In this document: positions 33,544-45,479 of the stretch, in pieces | How the letters are laid out: the number at the start of each line of letters is the position of its first letter | Position numbering within the stretch: position 1 is the stretch's first letter | Assembly (NCBI RefSeq): GCF_902713615.1 | Contig: NW_024055956.1 | Location: 1 to 64,000, forward strand | DNA length: 64,000 bases | Origin: Scyliorhinus canicula | Lineage: Eukaryota | Direction: 5' to 3' | The notes under the pieces: model-generated | What the model was told of the DNA's origin: nothing | What the model saw: the letters and a program-made list of their open reading frames with translations, nothing else | Database searches by the model: none | Translations under genes and position numbers: made by a program

Positions 33544-33852
33544 GCCCGCCTGGTGTCCCTCCAAATGTTCTCCTCACCGTGAGTTCCAGTGAAGAAATCA
33601 CAAGACAGAAATTTGCAACCATCGTCTGTTCAATTAACGATTTCCAGACAAATTCAATCACGGTAAAGTGGCTGAAGAATGGACAACCCATGGCTTCAGG
33701 AATTGTCACCTCTCCCGCCTGTGAAGTGAACGGGAACTTCTCGGCGAGCAGTCGGCTGACAGTCTCCGCCGGGGAATGGTTCAGCAAAGCGGTCTATACC
33801 TGCCAGGTCACTCATCAAGAGGTCACCCAAAGTCACAACATCACCGCGTCTG
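33544..33852 (+). CDS. IGHM: Ig mu CH2 exon
   Basis: (C)[11 protein letters not shown]…IVCSINDF…KWLKNG…[13 protein letters not shown]…ITAS. Donor G|GTAAGA. 309 nt. Confidence 0.97.
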
Positions 33853-34483
33853 GTAAGAGACACAAACAGAGGAAACAATAAATCATCCTGCACTCTGATG
33901 TTAATCCAAATCAGGAATTTATTAAAATCAGGACAAAGCACAGAATAACTTCTAATTTACTGCCATGTAGTTTGTGTTTCATTCTGATGTAAGAGCTGCA
34001 TTAGGATTGCTCACCATTCAGGATTTGATCAGCAGAGAAATAAATGTTTCCCTCTAATTTGAAGTCATTTAGTGAGTGAGGTGGATTTGATATCAGCCTT
34101 ATCCTGAGACAGCTGATTATATTTGAGAGGCAGTGGGTGTCTGAACCCCTTTATTGATAACAGCTCCAAGGAAAATTGTTGGAAAGTTCATTCAACCTAT
34201 TTGTAAATCAGCCTTCCGTATTAGGTTTCCGAGATCAGGATTGGAATATTTGTATTGGGAATGCTGCAATACTCGTTCATTAGAATGCCATTGGTGCTGA
34301 CTGTATTTCACAATGAGAATCGTTTAAGATGACCAAACTGGTTTTCCATTGTGTACAGAAGATTAATGGCGATCATTAGAAGTTTCGAAGTTGATTTATT
34401 CCCATTGAGTGAGTGAAGGCTGAATCCTTCTGTCCTGATTCTGAAGATGAAACTTGTGTTGATTTTCATGTTTTGATTCACAG

Positions 34484-34792
34484 ATCCTTCTGATTGTATT
34501 ACCGCCTCAGTAACAATACTGCCACCACCAATAGAACAGGTCTTACTGGAGGCGACTGTCACCTTAACCTGCGTCATTTCGAATGGTCCTTATGGAGTCA
34601 ACGTGTCCTGGAGTGAAGCGAAGAAGCCGCTGAAATCAGAGATTGCCGACCAGCCTGGGGCAGATACTGAGAGCGTGGTCAGCAAATTAAACATCTCGAC
34701 ACAAGCCTGGCTGAGTGGGGCTGTGTTTGACTGTGTGGCGAGCCATCAGGACCTGCCAACTCCTTTAAGAATTTCAATCCACAAAAAAATAG
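34484..34792 (+). CDS. IGHM: Ig mu CH3 exon
   Basis: CACAG|AT CCT… gives (D)[15 protein letters not shown]…LTCV…VSW…[19 protein letters not shown]…KKI. Donor G|GTGAGC. 309 nt. Confidence 0.97.
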
Positions 34793-35029
34793 GTGAGCGG
34801 TGAAACTGAAGCAATAAGTGAGTCATTGTGTCTATTTCTGGTGTCAGTGCAGCGGTCAGTATTTAGCATTCAGTGTATTTATGGTCCATTCTGATTGGTA
34901 ATTCCACGACTAAAAATTTTGGGCCTGTTGATCTTAAGGGGGAAATTGCTACGTAGATGAAGGAACAATGAATTAAAAGCAGTAATATGGGGTTTAGACA
35001 GAGCTAGACCAATGGCCACAAGACGTAGG

Positions 35030-36530
35030 AGCAGACGTAGGCCATTCAGCCCAACAACACTGATCCAGCCTTCAATGAGATCATAACTGATCTGATGTGA
35101 TGGTCTTCAACTCCTCTTTCCCGCCTTCTCCCGCTGTTACCAGACACCTAAACGACCCCCTAACGGACTGACCTCATTAACACTACACCTCTGTATGCTT
35201 CACCCGATGCCGGTGTTAAGTAGTTACATTGTGTACCTTATGTTGCCCTGTTATGTATTTTATTTTATTTCCCTTTCTTTTCATGTACTTAATGATCTGT
35301 TGAGCTGCTCGCAGAAAAATACTTTTCACTGTACCTCGGTACACGTGACAATAAACAAAATCCAATCCCATATCTCTCATTGGTTGAAAATATGTCTCTC
35401 TCAACCTTGAACATACTGAACAACCCAGAATCTACAGCCCCCTGGGTTAAATAATTCTACAGCTCCCCGACGCTCTGAGAGAGGAAATTCCTTCTCATCT
35501 CTGTCTGAAATGGGCGAACATTGACTATGTGATCCTGCACTCTGGTCCGAGATGCTCCCACAAGGGAAAACAATCTCACAGCGACTACACGCCGAAGCTC
35601 CCTGAGAATCTTTCATGTCTCGATTAGGCCACCTTCATTCTTCTAAACTCCAATCAGTCCAGGCCCAGCCTACTTAACCTCTCCCTGGAAGAAAATCCCT
35701 CCATCCCTCGTGATCCTTCTCTGGACTGCCTTCAAAACCAATCTGTCTTCCTTAGGTAAGGGCACGAAAACTATTCAAAGTATATCAGGTGTAGTCTAAC
35801 TAGTCTAACTAGTCTAACTTTGTATAGTTTGAGCCAGACGTCCCCATGTTTATATTCTATTCCCTTTGAAATAAATGTCAACATTCAATTTGTCTCCATA
35901 TTACCTGCAGAACTTGCTTTGTGTGGTTTCTGCACAAGGGCCCCCAATTCCCCCGTTACTTCAGCTTTCTTCAGTCTTTCTACATCTAAATAATATTCTG
36001 TTATGTTCCTCCGCCTACCAAAGTGTCTAAACTCACATTTCCCTACATTATGTTCCATCTGCCAAGTTTTTACTCAGTAACTTAAGCCACCTCTGTCCCT
36101 CTCTAGATTTTCTGTAACCTCACCACTTGCCTTTATATTTTTGTCATCTCCAGCCGTGGGAATAGTACATTCATTTATTAAACACAGTTTTGAAATTCAT
36201 GTATATTACATCTACTGGTTCCCCCTTCTCCAGCCTTCTCCTTATCACCTCGAACAAGGGCAATAAAGTCTTCAGGCATGATTTCCCCTTCACGAAGCCG
36301 TGCTGACTCTGTTTGATTATATTATGTATTTCGAAATGCTCAGCTATTGGATCTGTTATAATGGACTCGAACCGTTTTCCACTGACAGATGTTAAGGTCC
36401 CTGGCCTATAGTTACCTGTTTTTGACACCCTTCCTTTTGAATAAGGGTGTTACATTGGCAGTTTTCTAATCCTGTTGGGGTAAGGTGGGAGGAGCCTGGT
36501 GTGGAGTTTATACACCAGCACAGAATAGTT
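35030..36530 (-). mobile_element. CR1 LINE remnant in the CH3-CH4 intron, with a different LINE tail inserted at ~35150-35380
   Basis: ORF 36171-36428 reads NYRPGTLTSV…QHGFVKGKSCL. The insert ends CTTTTCACTGTACCTCGGTACACGTGACAATAAA (Rex1/Babar-like tail, from recall). Confidence 0.75.
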
Positions 36531-36773
36531 GGGCCGCATGGCCTGTTCCCCTGCTGTACACTTTCTGAAACTTTCGAATCCAATATCCGTAAATTCTCAG
36601 GGAAAAGGATTGTGTCCACCTCTGCTCCGAGCTTGGAACCCGGACAGATCCCAAAGTGGAAAATGGAAACCTTTAAAATACAACACAAAACACATTTCTC
36701 TCACATCTAACCCGCGGTTCCATTGTCTCCGGGATCCCCCATTTTATTGACGTTTGTTGTACATTTTCTGCAG

Positions 36774-37165
36774 ATCCCAATCCGCGGGAACCGTCCGTCT
36801 CTGTCCTCCTGCCCTCGGCTGAAGACGTCTCCGCTCAGAGATTCGTCTCCCTCAGCTGCTTAGTGAGAGGTTTCTCCCCCCGAGAGATCTTCGTCAAGTG
36901 GACCGTCAATGACAAGCCGGTGAATCCCGGGAACTACAAGAACACCGAGGTGATGGCGGAGAACGGCAATAGCTCCTTCTTCATGTACAGCCTGTTATCC
37001 ATTGCAGCGGAGGAGTGGGCCAGCGGCGCTTCTTTCTCCTGTGTGGTGGGACATGAAGCCATCCCCTTGAAGATCATCAACAGAACGGTTGATAAATCCA
37101 GCGGTAAACCCAGTTTTGTGAACATTTCCCTCGCTCTGATGGACACCGTTAATTCATGTCAATGA
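36774..37165 (+). CDS. IGHM: Ig mu CH4 exon plus secretory tailpiece
   Basis: (D)[13 protein letters not shown]…[17 protein letters not shown]…[15 protein letters not shown]…DKSS|[20 protein letters not shown]. Internal donor G|GTAAAC after 37103. Tail has N-I-S and a penultimate Cys. Confidence 0.98.
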
Positions 37166-37192
37166 CAATCTATTGATTATATTTCGAACTAA

Positions 37193-37207
37193 AATAAAAA
37201 TAATAAA
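37193..37207 (+). terminator. Secretory-form poly(A) signals (two AATAAA)
   Basis: AATAAA at 37193-37198 and 37202-37207, ~30-40 nt after the stop, followed by a T-rich tract. Confidence 0.85.
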
Positions 37208-37602
37208 GGTTTTTTCCTCCAATTGTGATTTAAATACACAGCCGCTTAATTAATGGTGCTTCCACTTTGCTGATATTAGATCTGTTCAATGAGACCCGGA
37301 TTTCTACAGGTCTCAGCCCCAAGTCTGATACAATCAGTGCTCCCAGCTCAGATACACCCTGGGTTAGAGACAGAGTAAAACTCATTCATTCCAGGATTCA
37401 GCAAAATATCTTCATTGACTTTCCTCCCGCTGAGGAGAAATCGGACAATTTCCCACTTCAGACAAACAAACACATCACATTTAGATCGCGGTGTTCCTGC
37501 TTCTGTCATTGTCCATTCCTTTAAAATTAATGTCAGCTTTAAGTTGCTGTATCACACCCACTGGGAACTGAATTGAGGGTCACACAGAAACATGGACCGA
37601 TA

Positions 37603-38640
37603 ATCCCCAGTCAAAGAGAGGGGAGGGGCTTTAGTTAATCCACTGTACCCCCACTTCCACAATAGAGAGAGGGGGAGGGGCATTAGTTAATGCACTGTAA
37701 CCCCACTTCCCCAATAGAGAGAGAGGGAGGGGCATTAGTTAAACCACTGTCTCCCCACTTCCCCAACAAAGAGAGGGGAGGGGCTTTAGTTAATCCACTG
37801 TACCCCCACTTCCACAATAGAGAGAGGGGGCGGAGCATTAGTTAATGCACTGTAACCCCACTTCCCCAATAGAGAGAGAGGGAGGGGCATTAGTTGATGC
37901 ACTGTACCCCCACTTCACCAATAGAGAGAGGGGGAGGGGCATTAGTTAATCCACTGTACCCCACTTCCTCAACAGAGGGGGGGAGGGGCATTAGTTAATC
38001 CACTGTACCCCCACTTCACCAATAGAGAGAGTGTGAGGGGCATTAGTTAATGCACTGTACCCCCACTTCCTCAACAGAGGCAGGGGGAGGGGCATTAGTT
38101 AATGCACTGTACCCCCACTTCACCAATAGAGAGAGGGGGAGGGGCATTAGTTAATCCACTGTACCCCCACTTCACCAATAGAGAGATGGGGAGGGGCATT
38201 AGTTAAACCACTGTCTCCCCACTTACCCAACAAAGAGAGGGGGAGGGGCTTTAGTTAATCCACCGTAACCCAATTCCACAACAAAGAGGGGGAGGGCACT
38301 ACTTAATGCACTGTACCCCCACTTCCCCAACAGGGAAAGGGGGAGGGGCTTTAGTTAACGCACTGTACCCCCACTTCCCCAACAGGGAGAGGGGGAGGGG
38401 CTTTAGTTAACGCACTGTACCCCCACTTCCCAATAGAGAGAGGGGGAGGGGCTTTAGTTAACGCACTGTTCCTCCACTTGCCCAACAAAGAATCGTTGGG
38501 GGCCTGAGTTAATCCACTGTCCACCCGCTTCCAAAAATGAGATGGGGATGGGCATTATTTAATCCACTGTACCCACACTTCCCCAACAAAGAGAGCTAAG
38601 GGGCAATACTAACCCATTTTACCTCCACTTTCCCAACCAT
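37603..38640 (+). repeat. Tandem array, ~20 x ~52 bp
   Basis: Unit AGAGAGAGGGGGAGGGGCATTAGTTAATGCACTGTACCCCCACTTCCCCAAT. Confidence 0.96.
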
Positions 38641-39029
38641 AAGAGGAGGAAGGTGACGAGTGAACTCTCTGTATCTCCACCTCCAGCAGGGAGAACCCAA
38701 AGGCAATTTGCTGAGCTGACCAGAGAGAGGGCGATTATTAACTCAATATCTTCCCAGTCCCCAAGCAGGGAGTTTGGAAGTAAACGGTTCTCTAGACTAA
38801 GAATTCAGTTACTGACATTACAAGACGGTATGTAGCTTACTGGCTGAAGGGTTTAAAAGACCATCATGATCAAGGTGTATTTTTTTAGCACCCTTGTTCC
38901 TCTTATCCGTCTGCTAAGACCGATTCCCCAGAATCCAAATCCAGACTGGTGATTGAATTCTCCCTGGGTTTCACTGTTCTCTCCTGTGGCGCCTTCTTGA
39001 GTTTTTGCATTAGGTCACCTGATGTCAGT

Positions 39030-40480
39030 TTGCAACTTACACAAAACACATTTATATGCAGAAAGTTCAACATATTCTACATCGGTATCAATAATACCCA
39101 CAACTGGCAAAGCTACAGGCAGCTGATACAGATACACAGACAGATAAACAGACACAGACACTACACATTCATACACACAGACCCACAGACACTACACATT
39201 CATGCATATAGACCCACAAACACACACACGCCCACACGTAGACACAAATACACACATAGACACACACATAGAAACACATGCATAAACATACACCCAGGCA
39301 CAACGAACCACACATATTTTGACACAAAAACACATGCAAACGTGCGCAAAAATTCACAAGCATGCACATAAACACAAAAAAACACACGTTTATACACACA
39401 CAGACACACGTTCACATCTACACATACACACACAAATCCACACACACGGCTACACAAATGTACACAGACACATACAACCACATGTCCACACAGATACACA
39501 AACATATAAAACCAGACAAGCAGGCTGACAGAAGAATATGAAACAGAAGTGTAACCAATTACATGTACATTAGCAGAATTTCACGATGACAGAAATATTT
39601 CCATTCAAACAGAGACAATAATCCACATTAACACACTAATGTGCTCACGTAGACACATATTAGCAGACTTGTACAGACGTTAACACGAACACATATGAAT
39701 ACACATAGAGTCATCAATACACATCAATATATAGTTATAAACAACCATCAACGCATAAATAGCACTGCTGCCTCACAGCGCCATAAACCCGGCTTCAATT
39801 CCAGCCTTGGGTGATTGTCGGTGGCGAGTTCCCACGTTCTGCCGGGTCTGTTCCTGTTTCCTCCGGGTGCTCCGGTTTCCTCCCACAGTCCAAAGATGTG
39901 CAGGTTCGCTGGATTGGCCAGGCTATATTACCCCTTAGTGCCCACAACGTTAGGTGGGGATACGATGTTCTGGGGACAGGGCAGGGGCATGCGTCCAGGC
40001 AGAGTGCTCTTTCCGAGGGTCGGTGCAGACTCAATGGGCCGAATAGCCTCGTTCGGCACAGTCGGGATTATCCGATGATGATTCTATGATGAATTACACG
40101 CATCAACAAACACACACACACACAAACGTACTTATCCAGACACAAACATTAAGACAATGACATGCATGTTGAACGTATAAAGACACATTAACACTTTTAT
40201 TACTGGGCAGGGAAGTATAAACTTATACTAACACAGGCATTAATATATAAACATAGATTTCAACACACAAACACACACAATAAAACACTCATATATACAC
40301 ATCGACTTAAGATAAATTTACACACAGGCCCTGACTCACAGATACACAGATCTATACTCATTGACACATGACACATACGATGACACTTTTAAAGACATCG
40401 GGACACACAAATAAAGAGTAAAGAAACACGAATTTCGCATCTACACAGACACAAAAGCTAAAGAACAAACACAAACGTCA
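39030..40480 (+). repeat. CA-rich low-complexity tract, interrupted by a SINE
   Basis: Degenerate (CA)n. Confidence 0.8.
39760..40092 (+). mobile_element. HE1-like SINE
   Basis: CCTCCGGGTGCTCCGGTTTCCTCCCACAGTCCAAAGATGTGCAGG core. Confidence 0.87.
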
Positions 40481-40482
40481 GG

Positions 40483-40655
40483 CAAGGGCGGCACGGTGAC
40501 GCAATGGTTAGCACTGCTGCCTCACGATCCCGCTCCTGGGTCTCTGTCCCTGTGGATTTTCTCCATGACCCGTGGGTCTCACCCCGACAACCCAAAGATG
40601 TGCAGGGTAGGTGGATTGGCCAGGCTAACTTGCCCCTTAATTGGAAGAAAAAAGT
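40483..40655 (+). mobile_element. HE1-like SINE, internally deleted
   Basis: GGGCGGCACGGTGACGCAATGGTTAGCACTGCTGCCTCAC head. Confidence 0.8.
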
Positions 40656-40817
40656 TACAGAGATCGATTTCTGAGTGTCATGAACTCAACAGTAGAAATG
40701 CAATGAAAATATATTAAAGAATGAATTAGCAGCGGGAGAAAATGAAACGAGAATATTAAAAACAAAACGTGTATTAATAAACAATCTGATTATATTTATT
40801 TGCCTCTATCCCCGTAG

Positions 40818-40945
40818 ATACCACAGACCACACCTGGACTGAAGAAAATGAGGATGATAACGGGAACATCTGGACAACCGCTTCCACATTCATCACCCTG
40901 TTCTTCCTGAGCATTTCCTACAGCGCTGCAGTCACTCTGGTGAAG
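40818..40945 (+). CDS. IGHM: Ig mu TM1 exon
   Basis: CGTAG|AT ACC… gives (D)TTDHTWTEENEDDNGNIWTTASTFITLFFLSISYSAAVTLVK (CART motif). Donor AAG|GTGAGA. Confidence 0.97.
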
Positions 40946-41086
40946 GTGAGAAGATTCAATCCACTCACACTTCAAACTGACAGAAGTTGTTTAAAAACAT
41001 CTCTAAATGTTTGATTGATTAAAAACACTAACATCAATATCACAGATCATAAACATCTGCTTCATCATTTTCTCTCTCTTTTACAG

Positions 41087-41095
41087 ATCAAGTGA
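41087..41095 (+). CDS. IGHM: Ig mu TM2 exon (IK*)
   Basis: Polypyrimidine tract, TTACAG|ATC AAG TGA, phase 0. Confidence 0.9.
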   Translation: MK

Positions 41096-41504
41096 TCGGT
41101 TGACGTTCGGACGCTGTAGATTTCCCTCAGCTGTTTATTATGATCTGTGTGTGACACAAATACAATATCTCCTCTTGGTGACTCTAACAGTAAAATTCTC
41201 TCAGTTTATTATTCTGCATCTGTAACTGAGACAATCATGGACAGTATTTCTGCTTTTCAGTTTAAAATGTACGCGATAATTTTGGCTGTAATGTAATTGT
41301 AACTAATAATTTCTTTCAATGTCATGTCTAAATAAGTAATTTATCTCGTATCTTGTTCACAACAGTTGCCTTCCCTTTATGTTGAGCTCCTGTTCTCTCT
41401 CTCTTGTGTCTGTTACAGTTGTACATACATTTGGCAGCTCAGAGGGCATGTGTTCTGTTCTCACTGTGACCCTCAATCGTTATGTTCCCTTTTGTAAACA
41501 TCAA

Positions 41505-41545
41505 AATAAAGTTTTGTGTAATATTTTCGCTGAAATTTTAATAAA
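41505..41545 (+). terminator. Membrane-form poly(A) signals
   Basis: AATAAA at 41505-41510 and 41540-41545. Confidence 0.7.
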
Positions 41546-41589
41546 TATTGAATGAAAAATGAAGACAGTAAGACTAATCTGAACTCCTT

Positions 41590-41914
41590 TCTCTAAGGTC
41601 CATCGGCACTGATCCTTTTCCCCGATTATACAGTTTGCTCCCCTTTCCCAGACAGATATTTCTCACCAGTCCTGTCTGGGATGTGTCTGAACTCAAGGCC
41701 CCTCAGTGAAAGAGCCACCAAGCGGCCCATACGACACCTTGATCTTTGCCTTTTTATGGTAAACACCAGAGATATAATGCCAGCTGAAGAATTCCACAGA
41801 TTCACTCCCATCTGATGGAAGAATGCTTCCTCGTCTCTGTCCTAAATTTGAGACTCCTTACTCTTAGATTATGCCTCTGGCCCTAGACTCTCCCACAAGA
41901 TGAAACAAGATGAT
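41590..41914 (-). mobile_element. CR1 3' fragment
   Basis: Minus strand GTGAATCTGTGGAATTCT… is typical CR1 3' sequence. Confidence 0.65.
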
Positions 41915-42240
41915 TTTTCAGGCTGTGTAACTGGTTAAAGCTCTTTCCACAGTCAGTTCACTGGAACACTCCCACTCAGATGTGTGTGGGCCTCGGGGCT
42001 TTTCCAGTCACACTGATGTTTGAAATCTCTTCCCACAGTCCGAACAGACAAGCACATTGACAGTTTGTGATATTTAGATCCTAATGAATTGAGTGACTGT
42101 CAGATCTTGATGTTATATTTGGTTCGAGTTTCCCAGCTGCCAAACCTCCCGTTCTAATGCCTGAAATAGAAGTTTACAAAAATGATCACTGTAAGAATGT
42201 GGTAGAAATTCACAACAGATCATTCTAGTTTCTATCGAAC
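41915..42240 (-). pseudogene. 5' remnant of a C2H2-ZNF main exon (acceptor at 42161), truncated by CR1
   Basis: Inverted paralog of ~47110-47445. The anchor 41915-41967 is nearly identical to 47395-47445 except for a 2-bp indel. Confidence 0.8.
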
Positions 42241-42964
42241 CTTCTTTCCCCTCTTGCTTTCCCCAAGCATGTGGTCCAATCAAAATAAAAGACCAAAATC
42301 AGCTAGAAGTCCCAACAAAAGTGTAGGGAACCTTCCCAACTGAACCAGAATATTGTTCCCAGTGTCTCTGAAACACTCTGTCCGCTGAGGTATCCACTGG
42401 GTGTGGAAGGTGTCAAGCATTCCGGTGGATGTCGCATGCTGCCTCTGCAGGGCCACTGGGAATAGAAAAGATCACGGAACAGAAGTCAGCAGCCCGAGTA
42501 ACCACTCACACACCTCCATAATAACAATAATCTTTACTGTCACAAGTAGGCTTATATTAACACTGAAATGAAGTTACTGTGACAAATATTGAGTTAAACA
42601 CGGACCTGAATAACGAAACTTTGCAGCCACCTGTGAAGTTTAAATGTTTCGTTGTGTCAGGATGAACCAGCATTTGAGGAGAATGAACTTGAATTGATAC
42701 AAAGATAAGCATGAGTGAGCATCGTAAACTGCTATTGCATCGGGGTGTTCTGGATCTCAGAGTTTTAACCCTGTAGTTAATTGTCAGAGATGCAGTATAA
42801 TAAACCCTGCACAAAGCAAATGTGTGTGTGAGAAGCATCTGAAGCACCAGGAACCAGCTGGACCAACAGAGCTGAATGTCTCCCAATGCAGCCACAAGAC
42901 TGAACTTATTCCAGCTTCCAAGCCCACCTCAGACCCAACCTCCTGGCTTTTCATCTACAAGAAC

Positions 42965-43385
42965 GTTTGAGGACTTTGGGTCTGTACTCGTTGGGGTTTA
43001 GAAGGGTGAGAGGGGATCTTATTGAAACTTACAAGATACTGCGAGGCCTGGATAGAGTGGACATGGAGAGGATGTTTCCACTTGCAGCAAAAAATAGAAC
43101 CAGAGGACACCATCTCATACTAAAGGGACGATCATTTGAAACAGATGAGGAAGAATTTCTTCAGCCAGAGGGTGGTGAATCTGTGGAACACTTTCCCGCA
43201 GAAGGCTGTGGAGGCCAATTCACTGAGTGTCTTTAAGACAGAGATAGATAGGTTCTTTATTAATAAGGGGATCACGGGTTATGGGGAGAAGGCAGGGGAA
43301 TGGGGATGAAACAATATAAACCATGATTGAATGGCAGAGCAGACTCGATGGGCCAAATTGCCTAATTCTGCTCCTATGTCTTATG
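42965..43385 (+). mobile_element. CR1 3' fragment with tail
   Basis: LGLYSLGFRRVRGDLIETYKILRGLDRVD; TATGTCTTATGTCTTAT tail. Confidence 0.88.
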
Positions 43386-43989
43386 TCTTATAAGAAGCTT
43401 CAGAAACTCATGAGAATTATTTGTTTTTAAAAACGCTTCACTCCAACGAAAGAATCAGCTCAATAAGAAGACATCAGACCTGCAGCGATATAAAGATTGC
43501 AGTCTCCATTCCATTTTCATCATCACAGCTTCAACTTGATCTGTATCTAATTTCGGTATATGTCAGTGAGTGAAAGAACCGAGAGACTTAGATGCTTAAA
43601 CATCCAGGGAAATATTGTGATAATAAATAACCTTTATTCCTTTAAAAATCACCAGTAAGCCTGCTGCTGAACTGTATTTTAAATAAAGAAATATCATGCT
43701 GAGGGTCAGAAAATATCACACAAACATCCTGATAATGGACGGGAAAGGACCACGAAATGTAATCAACCGTTGTATAACCCCCTTCAGGTAGCTATATAGA
43801 GGCTGCAGCCTCTCACACTGAATGTCTACGTGATCCATAGACACCTCCAGGTTACAAACATCAGCTGCAGCCTGGGAGTGGGTGAAAGATCTTAAAAACC
43901 TGTTGTCAGGAATATTCCCCGGGCATTTGGACCCGGATGGGAAGAGAAACCTACAGGTCCCGCCCACCAGCTGTTGCATAACGAAGACG

Positions 43990-44103
43990 CCAGCGCATGC
44001 GCTCTTTTTCCCCGGTGAACCAAGATGGCGGCTGTGAAGCAGGGCCTGGTTTCGGGAGAGAGCTGACCGGCGGTGATGTGACCTGAGGATCACCACACCT
44101 CAG
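43990..44103 (+). promoter_or_regulatory. CpG-rich promoter/first exon candidate of the ZNF gene (NRF1-like and YY1-like motifs)
   Basis: GCGCATGCGC at 43993-44002, AAGATGGCGGC at 44022-44032, possible GC-type donor CAG|GCAAGG at 44104. Confidence 0.55.
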
Positions 44104-44429
44104 GCAAGGGGCCAGGTTGGGAAGGCGGTGCCTTCAGGAATAACTGGGAAGGTGATGTTTGGTCAGTTGCTGCAGTCTGTGTAGTGAAGGTGCTGTCACA
44201 GTGGTGTGAGGTAAGGAAGTACAGGATTATCACCCAGCAATGATGAATTAAGGGGAATGTAAATCCAGCTCAGGCTGCTTTCAGATTGGAAAGGGAGCTA
44301 AAGTGTGTCCTTAGAGCTGGTGAATGTTGTGGCTTTGGCAGTCTCTCTGTAAAGTCCTTCTCATTCATTCCCTCTCTTTACAGCACAGATAGAGGCCCTT
44401 TTGCCCATTCATAATAATCTTTAATATTA

Positions 44430-44694
44430 GTGTCACAAGTAGGCTTAAATTAACACTGCAATGAAATTGCTGTGAAAATCCTCCACACGCCTGTTCAGGT
44501 ACGCAGAGGAAGAATTCAAAATGTCCAATTCATCTAACAAGCTCATCTTTCCGGACTTGTTGGAGGAAATCGGAGCACCTGGAGGAAACCCACGCAGACA
44601 TGGGGAGAACGTGCAGACTCCAAAGCCGGGAATCAAACCCAAGTCCCTGATGCTGTGAAGCAACAGTGCTAACCACTATGCTACCGTGCTGCCC
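44430..44694 (-). mobile_element. HE1-like SINE variant
   Basis: GGAGCACCTGGAGGAAACCCACGCAGAC core; CACAAGTAGGCTT tail. Confidence 0.85.
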
Positions 44695-44704
44695 AGAAGA
44701 TTAT

Positions 44705-45185
44705 TAAATTACTAATTCTGGATGAATTGTGTCCCAGGATGCTGTGGGAGGTGAGGGAGAGATTGCAGTGGCTCTTACCCAAAGTTTTATCCATAAATTC
44801 GGCCTGTGATCCGTAGAATTTAGAAGGTTAAGGTGTGATCTGATTGAAGTATTTAAGATATTAACACGGAAAGACAGGGTAGATAAAGATAAACTATTTC
44901 CACTGGTTGGAGATTCCAATAGTAGGGATCATTGTCTAAAAATTAGGCCTTGACCGTTCAGGAGAGATGTTCGGAAGAACCTCTTCACACACAGGGTGGG
45001 AGAGATTTGAAACTCTTTCCCACAAACAGCAGGTGAAGTTGCATCAGTTGTTAAGTTTAAATCTGAGGTAGAGTTTTGTTAAGCAAAGATATTAATGGAT
45101 ATGGAGTTAGATCACAGATCAGCCATGATCTCACTAAATGGCAGGACAGACTTGAGGTGCTGAATGGCCTACTCCTGTCCCTATG
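44705..45185 (+). mobile_element. CR1 3' remnant
   Basis: GAATTTAGAAGGTTAAGGTGTGATCTGATTGAAG…GAATGGCCTACTCCTG. Confidence 0.75.
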
Positions 45186-45225
45186 TGTATTTCTGTAATT
45201 CTGAAATACAGACAATAATATGACA

Positions 45226-45453
45226 GGGGCAGCACGGTGGCGCAGTGGGGTTAGCCTTGCAGCCTCATGGCGCCAAGGACCCAGGTTCGATCCCGGCTCA
45301 GGGTCACTGTCCGTGTGGAGTTTGCACATTCTCCCCATGTCTGCGTGGGTTTCGGCCCCACAACCCAGAAATGTGCAGGCTAGGTGGATTGGCCACACTA
45401 AATTGCCCCTTAATTGGAAAAAAAATGAATTGGGTACACTAAATTTAAAAAAA
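45226..45453 (+). mobile_element. HE1-like SINE with A-rich end
   Basis: GGGGCAGCACGGTGGCGCAGTGG head. Confidence 0.88.
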
Positions 45454-45479
45454 ATAGTATACCATGACAGGGAAAGAGT

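Noticed and set aside
38840-38900. Short segment ending in a T7 run, resembling a Pol III/snRNA gene
   Set aside because: Only a brief resemblance to U2 (GATCAAG.TGTA); no recognisable full RNA or promoter.
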